A DNA stretch of 64,000 bases from Octopus sinensis (taxonomy: Eukaryota). The notes beneath the pieces were generated by a model. That model was given only the letters and a program-made list of their open reading frames with translations, ran no database searches and was not told the origin of the DNA. Positions within the stretch are counted from its first letter, which is position 1. Each line of letters begins with the position of its first letter. The position numbers and the translations under genes were made by a program. Positions 1-11,945 of this stretch are shown here, one piece after another. The stretch spans positions 99,882,001-99,946,000 of the forward strand of contig NC_043006.1 in the NCBI RefSeq assembly GCF_006345805.1, given 5' to 3'.

Positions 1-239
1 GCACAATGTTTGGCACTATTCTTTACCGTGTCAGCACCCCTCTATTTGGAAAGTGATTGAGACACTGAAAATGGAGGAGGCTTTTTTGCCTTAAAGAAAA
101 AAAAGGGACTTCCAAAGAGGAATTCTAGTACGGCAAAAAAATACTGCAATTAAAAGCATCATGGCGTCATTAGATAAGTATACTCCCGAAAACAACAATT
201 TTATTCAAAGAAATAGCTCAGCACATTCGCAGTTTTTGA
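1..239 (+). pseudogene. MULE/Mutator-like transposase C-terminal remnant, frameshifted, runs off the window edge
   Basis: Positions 2-94 read HNVWHYSLPCQHPSIWKVIETLKMEEAFLP*, and a shifted frame ends LFKEIAQHIRSF*. This resembles the invertebrate MULE tail pattern (HPNIWKFIE.LK.E ... FLRGIAHN). Recognised from memory. Confidence 0.6.
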
Positions 240-501
240 TTTATTTGTGAAGCTACAATAATTTTTAAATCTTGGAATATTTTACAATTGTTAATCTGTT
301 TTCGTTTCTTAAGCAAAAATATACTTATCAATTATAAGCTCTTTTATTGATTTCATTCCTTTTTTAAATATTAATTATTAGCTTCTCTCTTGTTTATAAA
401 TCATTAAATGAGTTTATTTACAATCAGCTTTCATAATCAACTGAACCAAATACACAAAAAATCCACCTGAAAAATGACAAATGAAATTTCAAAATAATTT
501 A

Positions 502-626
502 GCGACACAACTGTCCCGGGATGCATTTGTTTAGGGACGCCATTGTCAGAGGGTGCAACTGGTATGCATTGTCTGGCACGCATTTGTCCGGGACGCAAAT
601 GTCCAAGTCGGAACTGTCCTAGAGTC
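502..626 (+). mobile_element. Probable MULE right terminal repeat with short subterminal repeats
   Basis: Repeated ca(a/t)(c/t)tgtc(c)/gggacgc motifs end in gaactgtcctagagtc, about 260 bp after the MULE remnant and directly before a TA array. Confidence 0.45.
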
Positions 627-832
627 ATACATACAAACATACATACATAATATATACATATATATATTTATATATGTATATATATACATATATATACATA
701 TATATATATATGTATATATATATGTATGCAAATGTATATGTATATATATATACGTATATATATATATATATATATGTATATACATATATTTATATATATA
801 TACATATATATATATATGTATATATATATATA

Positions 833-865
<33 letters not shown>

Positions 866-871
866 TATATC

Positions 872-902
<31 letters not shown>

Positions 903-905
903 ATA

Positions 906-972
<67 letters not shown>

Positions 973-1006
973 ATACATATATATGTGTGTGTGTGTGTGT
1001 GTGTGA
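627..1006. repeat. (TA)n/(TG)n microsatellite, representative of dozens in the window
   Basis: Seen directly. It is the source of the IYIY/HTHT pseudo-ORFs. Confidence 0.98.
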
Positions 1007-1140
1007 CAAGCTTTCTTTTCCTACCAAATCCACACACAAGGCATTGGTCGACTCGGAGCTATAGTATAAGATGCTTTCAGAAGATGCCAGGCAATGGGAC
1101 TGAACCTTTGATTTATGTGGTTTGGAAGTAGACACCTCAC
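1007..1140 (-). mobile_element. tRNA-derived SINE family A, 5' part, degenerate
   Basis: Reverse complement resembles the head of the copy at 28932 (ctatagc.tc..g.cgacca..gccttgtg.gtggatttggtag). Confidence 0.75.
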
Positions 1141-1980
1141 GTCTCAGCCTCGCCTGTAAACCAATGGACTTAGATTTTGAATTCATAGCAGTCCCATGAT
1201 ATTTTTAGTAATTCATCAATTGATTTAGGCGACATTAGTCCGTTAGCGAAGATCAAGTCATAGACTCAGTCAACAATGCGGTGCACACTTCGTATCAAAA
1301 TCGGGGCTCTAATAATTGCTACACCGCCTTTTAAGTGCCATTTTTATCGGTCGTTTGACAACCAATATTTTCGTGGATTTCCTAATGCACTGTATGACGA
1401 GTATTTTCATTGCAGTTCACAGTCCAACATTTAAATACTCTACATTTACCTTTAGAAAGCCAAAACAAGATTAAAGTTAGCACTTATATTTCCATTTCTC
1501 GCCATGAAATTCTCTTCCAGCATCACTGGCAAAAAATACGACCAGGCTTTGAGGAAAGGTTTAATTCACAAAAAGATACAGCATTCTATTCTACATACCT
1601 ATATTACAAAATATACGTCAGTAGACCAAAAACAGTTTCTTTTGTAAACTGAAAGAATATTAAGATTCCTACTTTGTAAATAACAATGTGGTGTATTTCT
1701 CCAAATGTAGTAATTATATAAACATTGATATATGCGCCATAAAATGTCATACTGTATACAAATCTATGAGATGTTATATTACCTATCTTTCTTCATTCTA
1801 TGCTTTTACCACTGAGACTAAATATAAAATGTAATATAGATGTTTAAAGACTAAATTTCTCTTCCTAATATCTCTGCTTTCTGTTAAATAGACGTATATC
1901 GTTTTACAAATTATGTAACTAGAAAATTAAAAATGACAGATGTAAGTTTCTTTTGCATAAAGAAATTGTATCCGTCCTCA

Positions 1981-2351
1981 ATTATTTACCTTTGCAAGTA
2001 TTTTGTTTGACATTTATGTTATTACGAAACTTCAAAATATATCATTGTGCTTCACCATATCATAATGATCAGGAAAAACAGAGAAGGAAGCGGATTTGGG
2101 ACTGCTAGGAGAGAGATTGATGGTGAATTTTACAGAATTTGCTTATTGTTCCAAAACTGATTCATATTATTTACGTTTTTGCAAACATTTTGGAAGACAT
2201 TTATGTTCTTATGAAACTTCAACATGCATCAGTGTGCTTCACCTTATCATAATGATCAGGAGAAACAGGAAAGAAGGCGTATTTGGATATTGCTGGAAAA
2301 GAGATTGATGGTGAATTATAAAGAGTACGGTGATTGTTCCAAAACTGATTC
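1981..2351. repeat. Diverged tandem duplication, two units of about 185 bp
   Basis: gacatttatgtt...gtgcttcacc.tatcataatgatcagga...gagattgatggtgaatt...ttgttccaaaactgattc occurs starting at 2009 and again at 2196. Confidence 0.9.
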
Positions 2352-3371
2352 GAGAACAAATATTTACGGAAGACAGAAGAGAAAAATAATGACTGCGATT
2401 CTCAAAGCCTTTCTAGAAGTTATATTGAAAATAGAAATATTTTATTTTTCCCCGTAGACGTTCAAATATCATTAGGAATTGTATAGTGACAGTAAAAATA
2501 GCTTTGCGTATTTTGTGAGCATTTTCTTTATAGAATTCTCGGAAAATAATTGGAAAATATGCGTCGCATTAAATAACAAAATATTGCAGTTTATGATAAA
2601 CCTGCTACGGTAACAAAAAGTGATAATAGTACCGATATTTTCCTAAGCATTTTATAACTATAACTAGTTTCATGTTTTGGTCAATATATATTTTCCTATT
2701 ACTCGAAGCTCAAATAATCTAACAGCAATGTACAATCAGCCGAGTTATTTTTTTTTTTTTTGCCATTGCTACGGTTAAATCCTGAAGTTGTAGTTATATT
2801 CGGACATGTAATGTTTGCTAAGTTGAAATTCAAATGAGAGGTTACTTGTGTCCGCGCATGTTCATAAACTATAATCCAGTCATGAACACCTAACTCTGGC
2901 CGAAGGCAAATTATAACACATACCTTGCAGTAAGTCCATAATAAACATGCACTTTTTAACTCGATGACTTGGAGGAAAATGTAAACAAAGTTTCGTAACA
3001 CTATGATGTATAACAAGGTTAAGAAATAAGAAAGAGTCTTGAAACTCTCCGACATATTAGAGCTGGCTTGGCTGGTATCTGAGGAGTAAACTACGGTTAA
3101 ATTTCCGGGGAAATGTGGGCCCGATTCTGTTCTCAGAAGTGTAAATTTTTCTAAAACTCCAGCTTAAACAGCATCTCAAATATAACCAGTTAAATCTGTG
3201 TGCGTTTGTCTGAATGTATGCATATATATGTCAATGTGTGGTGTGTGTGTGTGTTCCCCTGCTTGTCAACTTGGTCAAACGTCTTCTAATTTAGCCTCGT
3301 AAATCGACCAAAGCTTTGTAAATGGAATTGCTAGACGGAAGATGAAAGAATCCTATCGTATATGTACATGC

Positions 3372-3414
<43 letters not shown>

Positions 3415-3631
3415 ATCTGTTTCGGTAATTTTCTCCAAATGTTTGTTAGAGTATAGTTCCCTTGATGGTTTAGGTATGTTTTTCAAAGAATAATCGATGT
3501 AATAGGCGTCTATATTGAATTCTTCTGCGGGTCAGAGTCCTCAACCGATGCCTGGGGATTTTCCAAAATAACCTGGATTAGCCCTTAGGGAAAAATAGCG
3601 GTGGACGGGAGGGAACCCATTGATGAAACTG

Positions 3632-3719
3632 GTAAGACAACAAAAGAACCAAAGAGACCTTGATATTATGTAAATATTTACATAATATCGAGGTCTCTTT
3701 CATTCTTTTGTTGTCTTAC
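3632..3719. repeat. 88-bp loopless palindrome (44-bp arms, 3 mismatches)
   Basis: gtaagacaacaaaagaaccaaagagaccttgatattatgtaaat|atttacataatatcgaggtctctttcattcttttgttgtcttac. Confidence 0.95.
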
Positions 3720-3759
3720 TATTTTTATCAATATAAGTATATGTATGTATATATATCTA

Positions 3760-3800
<41 letters not shown>

Positions 3801-3806
<6 letters not shown>

Positions 3807-4467
3807 CTTACATAGATGTGCATACTTATATATATATGTATATACATATGCATATGTGGGTACATGATGTCATAGAATATAAACAACATGAAATACAAAA
3901 TCCGAAAACTTGGAATACGAAAGTTTATGTGAACTACGAATGAAACAAATAGAAAACAAGACAAGTAACCTAAAGGACGATCCTTCATTAGTTGTCGGCT
4001 CTTTTATCTATTCCGCATTTTGGGCAATTACAACAGGATCCGCCTTCGTCAAAACAATTGCTCCCGCAAAGCAAATTTATTAAAAAATTGGGATTTGCCG
4101 GGAGTCAAATTTGGTAAGAAAAAAAAGAACAGTGAATACATCCCTCATTACTCTAACTAAATCTGCCACGAGGATGTTGATCTTGGTAATATTTGACATC
4201 GCTGAGTCACTACGGATTACTAGTGGATTAGCCATAGGTTTATAATAGTGTGAGTGGATTAAACAGGGTTTAACAGTTCCGTTAATCATAGTATTTTCTA
4301 TCCACAGCTCAGTATCTAGGACAGGTAAGCTATTAATGAGGTGTTTAGAGGGGTGGTCTACGGTAACCTTTATACTGCTATGGATAGAGTCAGCTATGTG
4401 TTGCTTTGCATTAATAAATAGGTTTTAAATGTGGTCCTATCGATGCACGGTTAATGTATGTGTTTCT

Positions 4468-4470
<3 letters not shown>
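3801..4470 (-). mobile_element. Penelope-like element RT thumb fragment (Neptune-like), tandem unit 1
   Basis: Minus strand encodes ..IADSIHSSIKVTVDHPSKHLINSLPVLDTELWIE...HSHYYKPMANPLVIRSDSAMSNITKINILVADLVRVMRD, which fits the PLE RT C-terminus (SIH..I.V.VD.P / LP.LD / YKPM). Confidence 0.75.
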
Positions 4471-4551
<81 letters not shown>

Positions 4552-4557
<6 letters not shown>

Positions 4558-5217
4558 CTTACATAGATGTGCATACTTATATATATATGTATATACATAT
4601 GCATATGTGGGTACATGATGTCATAGAATATAAACAACATGAAATACAAAATCCGAAAACTTGGAATACGAAAGTTTATGTGAACTACGAATGAAACAAA
4701 TAGAAAACAAGACAAGTAACCTAAAGGACGATCCTTCATTAGTTGTCGGCTCTTTTATCTATTCCGCATTTTGGGCAATTACAACAGGATCCGCCTTCGT
4801 CAAAACAATTGCTCCCGCAAAGCAAATTTATTAAAAAATTGGGATTTGCCGGAGTCAAATTTGGTAAGAAAAAAAAGAACAGTGAATACATCCCTCATTA
4901 CTCTAACTAAATCTGCCACGAGGATGTTGATCTTGGTAATATTTGACATCGCTGAGTCACTACGGATACTAGTGGATTAGCCATAGGTTTATAATAGTGT
5001 GAGTGGATTAAACAGGGTTTAACAGTTCCATTAATCATAGTATTTTCTATCCACAGCTCAGTATCTAGGACAGGTAAGCTATTAATGAGGTGTTTAGAGG
5101 GGTGGTCTACGGTAACCTTTATACTGCTATGGATAGAGTCAGCTATGTGTTGCTTTGCATTAATAAATAGGTTTTAAATGTGGTCCTATCGATGCACTGG
5201 TTAATGTATGTGTTTCT

Positions 5218-5220
<3 letters not shown>
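4552..5220 (-). mobile_element. Near-identical tandem unit 2 of 3801-4470
   Basis: Period is about 751 bp. I see only about 4 differences, mostly 1-nt indels. Confidence 0.9.
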
Positions 5221-5310
<90 letters not shown>

Positions 5311-5342
5311 CATATATTATTCATATTATATACATATTGCCA

Positions 5343-5409
5343 TTCATAGCTGACGACAATGCATCGTAGCTCTTAGCTCCGGCATTTGAAACTGCGAGTA
5401 CTATTAGAA
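5343..5409 (+). ncRNA. Minimal type I hammerhead ribozyme motif with canonical C3-G8 core
   Basis: Stem I ttcatag / ctat(ta)gaa. Core CTGACGA at 5350-5356. Stem II aatgc/gcatt with an inner agct-ctt-agct hairpin and a C.U mismatch at 10.1-11.1. GAAAC at 5388-5392, stem III ACT-gcg-AGT, cleavage triplet GTA at 5398-5400. Confidence 0.7.
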
Positions 5410-5500
5410 CAACGTACTGATCGTCCTAAACTATACACACACACACACACTCACACACACACACATACACAACACACACACACTTACACACACACACACA

Positions 5501-5546
<46 letters not shown>

Positions 5547-5548
5547 GA

Positions 5549-6200
5549 TAGAAATATGTTTCAAACAGACAATAGAAACTACACGTCGAATAGATATGGG
5601 GAAAGTAAGAAGAAAAATAGCGAAAATGCACATCGGATATGAAAAACATAAAGGCCTTTTTATGAAAAGTAGCGATAAATATATACAATTAGATGAACTG
5701 AGGTAGAATTAAGAGAAATAAAAGTCATTATTATGAATTGTTTAATGGATTCAAAGTCATACCGGTTTCGTCAATTACTGTTCACTGGTTTTGAATGCGC
5801 ACCGATTATCAAACGGCGTTGGGTCAACTAGTCCCCGAGTAAAAAGTGTATATGTAAGGGAAGTAGTTCTGGATGTGGTACAGTTAGAATATATGTGATA
5901 TGAATTGTGAATGGGATGTACGGGAGTTAGTGGTATTATTGTTAAGGTTTGTAGTGTTCTGTATTATGTTATGTATTCATGTTAAGTTGTGGGTGGAAAT
6001 TATTGATGAATGTTGCCTATTTGTTCATTCTTTGTTGTACTGAAGTGTTCTATGAACATTGATAGAAGGGGGAAATTAGGAAATTAGGATTAAGGTCCCT
6101 AGCACACCTTTCTATGTGTTCACCGACCTGTATCTGTCTGTATTTTGAGTGGCAGATTTGTTCTTTATGATGGGTGGTTCTTGGACGAATGAAATTTTAA
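5549..6200 (-). mobile_element. Penelope-like element 3' end (tail of the GIY-YIG region plus pLTR/3'UTR)
   Basis: Minus strand gives HKEQICHSKYRQIQVGEHIERCARDLNPNFLISPFYQCS, homologous to HRQQIAFPEYRMIPFSEHIQKCAKQLLPQFLIFPFYQCA at about 33470-33590. Confidence 0.8.
5749..5796 (-). ncRNA. Minimal type I hammerhead motif with swapped G3-C8 core
   Basis: Minus strand: attcaaaacca GTGAACA GT-aattg-AC GAAAC cg GTA tgactttgaat. Stem I has 9 of 11 pairs in register and stem III is the palindrome ACCGGT. Confidence 0.7.
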
Positions 6201-6450
6201 TTTATACAATTATTGCGTGGTAAAGATTGAAGAGTAGAGCTTAATTCGGTCAAATGTTGATTGAGTTCTTCCAGAGATTGCCCTTTCTCTTCTTTTTCCT
6301 TGTGTAAATCGTGTAAGTTCATCTATCTTAATCAGGAATCTCAAATTCGAGTTAATCTCTTTTAGTTCCTTTAGATTATCTTCGTTGAGAATTTTAACCG
6401 CAGAGTTTGATATCTGTGGGATTTTCAATCTCACGTGTAGTGAAATACTA

Positions 6451-6656
6451 TAGAAATATGTTTCAAAGAGAAAATAGAAATTTAAAGAAATACGACTAAA
6501 TCCTTCGTGGTATTGATCTACCATTATTTTTAGAAACTACACGTGGAAGAGATATGGGGAAAGTAAGAAGAGAAAAGCGAAAATGCACATTGGATATAAG
6601 AAAATAAAGTTTTTTTTTATTGAAAAGTAACGATAAATATACAAGTAGATTAACTG
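6451..6656 (-). repeat. Diverged direct repeat of 5549-5700 (partial upstream pLTR) with a 56-nt insert
   Basis: tagaaatatgtttcaaa.aga.aatagaaa...ctacacgt.gaa.agatatggggaaagtaagaaga.aaa.agcgaaaatgcacat is shared. The insert at 6481-6536 is bounded by a repeated tagaaa. Confidence 0.85.
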
Positions 6657-6663
6657 GTTTAGG

Positions 6664-6694
<31 letters not shown>

Positions 6695-7520
6695 TAGGTT
6701 ACTAGAGAAATGCACACACAGAGACCTATTTACATATTTATAAACACACACAATTGTGTGAAACATTATTTCATACTATGATATATATATATGTGTGTGT
6801 GTGTGTGCGCGCGTGCATATAGCATACTGCAAATTTACAGAATACATTTTAGAGAGATTCATGTTCTGCTAGAGTGTTCGTTCAAATTACTGGTAACATT
6901 CTACATTCCACTGGTTAGGGAAGGAAATGTGGTATTGAAATTTTATTAAAGTTGTAAAATTAAATCTAATCGAAGCAAGCTACCCCTACTTTTCTTTCAT
7001 TCAAAGTGAAAATAGAAGAATACCAATCTCATTCAGAATGAGAAATCTGATAAATTGATTAATTTATTGCTTGCAGTTGATCTATTTATCGAATAACATT
7101 TAGCTTAAAGGGAAATCGGAATATAGGTGATATTAAGTTAGTTTCATTAATAATCTGCGATGACTTTTAGAATAAGAAATATTTTTTGGATCTTATAGCA
7201 TTTAATTAAGCAATTGACATTTAAGGAATCTATTTATTGATATTTTTAATCGGCAGTAAGAAATTAATTCCGAATATTTTATATGCGTTTCCAAGAGTGC
7301 TGTATTAACAACTAATTACACATAATAACTTTTGAAACGGAATCTTCTGAGTTTAGAAAGTGCAAAACAGAAATTGCTAAAAAGACTATTCATGACAAAC
7401 GAGTCACGTTGAAAAACACATGGCGCTTTTCCACAGAAAAATTATATGAACCAGATAACTTTATAAAAATAGCCCAGATATCAAGATTGTTCTTGATTTT
7501 CGTTAGTATCTAATAAACTT

Positions 7521-7720
7521 TAAGGCAAAGAGCTGGCAAAGTCTGTGGCATTCCCCGCAAAATGCTTAGCGGCATTTCGTCCGACTTTACGTTATGAGTT
7601 CAAATTCCGATGGTCTTTTCGGTGTTGATAAAATAAGTGCAAGTTGAGCACCGCATTTGATGTAATCGACCTATCCCTTTCCTGCATTCACAGGCTTTGA
7701 GCCAAAACTTGAAAGCAACA
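7521..7720 (+). mobile_element. tRNA-derived SINE family B, degenerate
   Basis: aaggc..agagctggca...aaatgcttagcggcatttcgtc...gagttcaaattccg...gatgtaatcgac, similar to the copies at 52794 and 59789. Confidence 0.8.
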
Positions 7721-7815
7721 TCGCTAAGAAATTGGTAATCAATGAAAAGGGGTTATAAGCAGTTACAAAACTGAAAGCAGAACTATGAATACAAGGATCA
7801 ATATGACACATAGGA

Positions 7816-8300
7816 TTTCATGAGGATGTACTGAGGAAATATCAATTATCTAATTTTATTATACATTTTCACGATGAAATAACCCTTGCTGATATTGTTG
7901 ATGTTGCTGAGGTTACCAACAGTCAAAGCATTGAATCAATGATCGGAATAAACGGTTTTCGTTGGTCAGAACGTATAGCAAGAATAGAAGTGTCAAGGTT
8001 CAAACACCAAGTCCTATTCAGAGAGTTCAATTCAGCGAAAAGACCACGGGGTGGCGCTCTTGAAGATACAAAGACTAACTCAAAACAACACTGAATGCCA
8101 CTGGACTGGAGCGTAAATCTTTTGAACCACAAGCCCGAGACCGTACCATCTAGCGTTGTTCCATCACCATCGGGACCAAAATCTTCGAAGCCATCAGAAG
8201 ATAAATGGGAGACATTAACCTCATTCTCCATCAGCATTACATTACTGCCAATGCCATCGACTCTTCCATGTAAGAATTAGTCATCAACGCCATCATCTTA
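7816..8300 (+). pseudogene. RTE-clade LINE ORF 3' remnant
   Basis: FHEDVLRK...DEITLADIVDVAEVTNSQSIESMI..FRWSERIARIEVSRFKHQVLFREFNSAKRPRGG, then after shifts QARDRTI*R..TKIFEAIRR and CQCHRLFHVRISHQRHH. This is the RTE/BovB tail with a terminal C2H2-like motif. Confidence 0.8.
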
Positions 8301-8734
8301 GTGAAAGCGTGCAGCAAAGAATAAGCTAAATTCTCGTATACGAAATAAAACCGACAATGACGATGAAAATATAGTTGCAGTATTGCCCCAGATTAGATCT
8401 GCTCGAATAGGCTGATGATCAATAGTATTCTAGGCAGGCCATTCCATCATTTTTATATTTACACATCGGAACCAACAATATATATCTTTGTTTATAGCAT
8501 TTAATTCTTTGGTTTCAGACGTATTTCGCTGCTATTTTTCTTACAGATCAAGTTACTCGTATGTAAAAATATATGATTTATCTACATATGGACATCCATA
8601 TATGTGCTAAATGTTTTACGCTTATTGTTCACTACGTTTGAATTTCTCATTTATATTTTATTGCTGCTGTCTATTTTGTCCATGTATGGTTCCACGTCTA
8701 AACATGTGTCTTCTGTATCAGAGAAGAGACCAAC

Positions 8735-8779
<45 letters not shown>

Positions 8780-9026
8780 CAATGTATATGTTAACATTTA
8801 CACATATTTAACATTTTAAATACCTCTCTATGTACATGTATGTGTACGTATACATATATATATATATATATATATGCGTGTGTTTGTGTGTTTGTGTCTG
8901 TGCGTGTGCGGTTGTGAGTGCGTGTATGCATTTGTGTGTGTGTATGTGAACGTATGTGTATGTTTCCGTATATATATATATGTAGGTATATATGTATGTA
9001 TGCAAATATGTATGTATGTATGTATG

Positions 9027-9077
<51 letters not shown>

Positions 9078-9097
9078 AAACATATGTAAAAATACAT

Positions 9098-9136
9098 GAG
9101 ATACCCGGCGTTGCTCGAGATTAAAACGGCATAGGT

Positions 9137-9198
<62 letters not shown>

Positions 9199-9720
9199 GT
9201 GTGTGTGTGTGTGCGTGTGTGTGTGTACTACAGTTACACAGTTGATATTACACACAGGTGATGTACGGAAGTGCAGTATTGATCAGAAATCATTTGTGGT
9301 GTAAATTCTAAAGCTTTTCTTAAACGACACCAGTTTGGATAGAATTATAATTTTTATAAGAATGGGTTGAAGCCTATCTGAAAGCAGCTCCATGCGTTGT
9401 TAAGAACGAATTTGTACGTTCTGAGAGCTATTCCGTTGGACCTCTCTGTAATCTGGTGTGCTAACCTTCGTTTTAATGAGTGCGCATTGGGCATGTCTTT
9501 CCTGATCTTGAGAAAGTCCCATCCACCTTCTGCCTTGGGATTCCATCAGACGTACGGCAGCATTTCTTCGCTGATGTTTAGAAAGTCTCACGTGCCTTTA
9601 TCTCTTGAGACTATCGCCTTCGGTTTTCTGCACTCACCCTTGCTTTGTAGCTGTTTCCGGAGATTTTACATTTTCCTTAGCAGTCATATTTTTGGCCATA
9701 TTTTAAACAAAAAATTATGA
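9098..9720 (-). mobile_element. Non-autonomous Helitron-derived element, interrupted by a microsatellite
   Basis: GC-rich imperfect hairpin cccggcgttgctcgag at about 9105-9120 near the inferred 3' end. Minus-strand Q/R/E-rich stretch followed by GAAFR, as in Helitron N-terminal regions. Terminal CTAG is not intact. Confidence 0.45.
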
Positions 9721-11019
9721 ACGTAAAAAAATGGACATTAATCTTTTTGTTTGACAGCAATTGTATGTATGTAGTATGTCTGTATGTGTGTATGCAGTGT
9801 AAATTAACCGAATATAAGCCAATTGTAACTACCTTCAGCCTTGAAACTGCTACGATAATTATGAACTGTTAATTAAACGGTGGATGTGCATTTTTATGTA
9901 AGTCGAACCTTCGACGTAATAGGTTTTTTCAAGAGTTTTACTTCCTGTGGTTCTCATCACATATATACATATATGTGTATATGTATGTGTGTATTGAATA
10001 ATGTATGTAAAAGGCGTGCAAACGCACACACACACACTCACAAACACATACACTCTCTCATAAAGTCATATATATATATATAGCAAAACAGACACATAGA
10101 GACATACATATACGCATGTCTGTCGTTACATGTATTTGTAGATATGTATGTGTATGTTTAATAGCACACACAATCAGAGCGACATACACACTCATACATG
10201 CGCACACATGCATCATAGACACATATGCACTCATATGTGTGACATCATCGCCGTCGTCGTGGTATAAAATGTCTTTTACTATTTCCTACAAATGGAACGT
10301 GCAAATACAGACACACACACAAGTGAATAAATAAAAGTGAAAATATACTTTAATTGTATCACATTAGAACTAAAAGTGAACGAATAAAAGTGGAACAAAA
10401 TCATATCACACAAGGGAGTCAATTTGTAGATAGAAATTACAAACCCCACTTCAGTGTTGAGTGAAAAAAACTTGAGTGACGCTGTTGAATTCTTTTTGGT
10501 CAGTAAATAAGGCTTATCGGTTGTATAACAATGGTCTTCGATTGAGTGAGAAATGTAAATAGTGTATTCAAATAGACTGAGTGCAAAACATTTTTAATAA
10601 GAAATGTTGTAGGAAGAACATACAAATAACGTGAAGACAATGACATTGACGCACGCCGAAATAGAAGTACACTAAAGTCAGTTTTCAGAGAGAGAGAGAG
10701 AGAGAGAGAGAAAGAAAGAGAGAGAGAAGAAAAAAACGAAGAAAAGAAAGAAAGTATGAAAGAAAAAGAAGAAAGAATGAAAGGAAGAAACAGGTAAATA
10801 AACAGAGAGAAGAAAGATAATCGCTTGAAAACTGCAGAAATCAAAGGGAGAGAATCGGTTAAAAACTACAGTTTTACAGAAAGACCCATGTGAAACACCT
10901 TTTATCCGGATCGGTTACTCGCATTACGCGGGAACTCTAGGCAAAAGGTTATTGTGCATGATCATCGTTGGCACATACTCAATGTGTGTACAAATGTGTC
11001 TACACACACACGTTATTTG

Positions 11020-11067
<48 letters not shown>

Positions 11068-11170
11068 TGATAAATAAAATATATGCATACATACAACATA
11101 TATGTACGTACCGACATCTACATGTATATATACATGCATATATAAATATATATATACGTACAGGACGTCA

Positions 11171-11216
<46 letters not shown>

Positions 11217-11907
11217 AGGGTTATTAAAAAAAATGAACAGATTTCACAAATCAATATGTTAATAAGGAAAAGCAATACGAAACCCCAGCTAAATCATAAG
11301 TATTTACTCACAATCAAACTTTTATTTCCTGTCTTACAAGTGTTCAATGTAGCCACAACCTACAGCACGAGCAACATCCATGCGAGTTATTTACTTTGAA
11401 ATTTTTATATCTCATATCCGATTAGCTGTTATTACGTAATATGTTTCATGATTTTGGTATACATAACTTATTTATATTTTCTCTTAAGTTCTGTAAGCTC
11501 TGGGAATGCATTAAATCCCTTTTCGGGGGTACTTTATTTTAATTCTTCCTATCGGATAACTAATTTCATGTTATCACGTAATTAACGTCACGATTTGGGT
11601 ATTCATAACTTATTGGGATTTCCTAAAAACAAGATACTATGAAAATGCGTAAAAGCCGTTTTAATCGATACATACTTTGTATTGTTGTTATTGGATTAGC
11701 GAAACAATTATAAGAATGGAACCAAGGGATACGCCCTGCTTTTCCCGGAAACACCAGCTACGTCAGCTAGATAGATGAATAGGTATAGCTGTGTCTATAT
11801 GAATGTATTATATGCTCATATCTGGGGCCCCTGTGATTTAAAGCCATGTTGTCTCATAGCGATTGATAATTATGAAGCAGAAAACATTCATGGCAATCTT
11901 CCCACAT

Positions 11908-11945
<38 letters not shown>

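Noticed and set aside
546-1186. Long IY/HT/VC-rich ORFs here and at many other loci (for example 55580-56247, 58317-58834)
   Set aside because: They are translations of (TA)n, (CA)n and (CATA)n arrays, which lack stops by construction.
3980-4000. Minus-strand ctaatgaagg resembling CTGATGA in the duplicated PLE unit
   Set aside because: G5 is absent and no GAAA follows.
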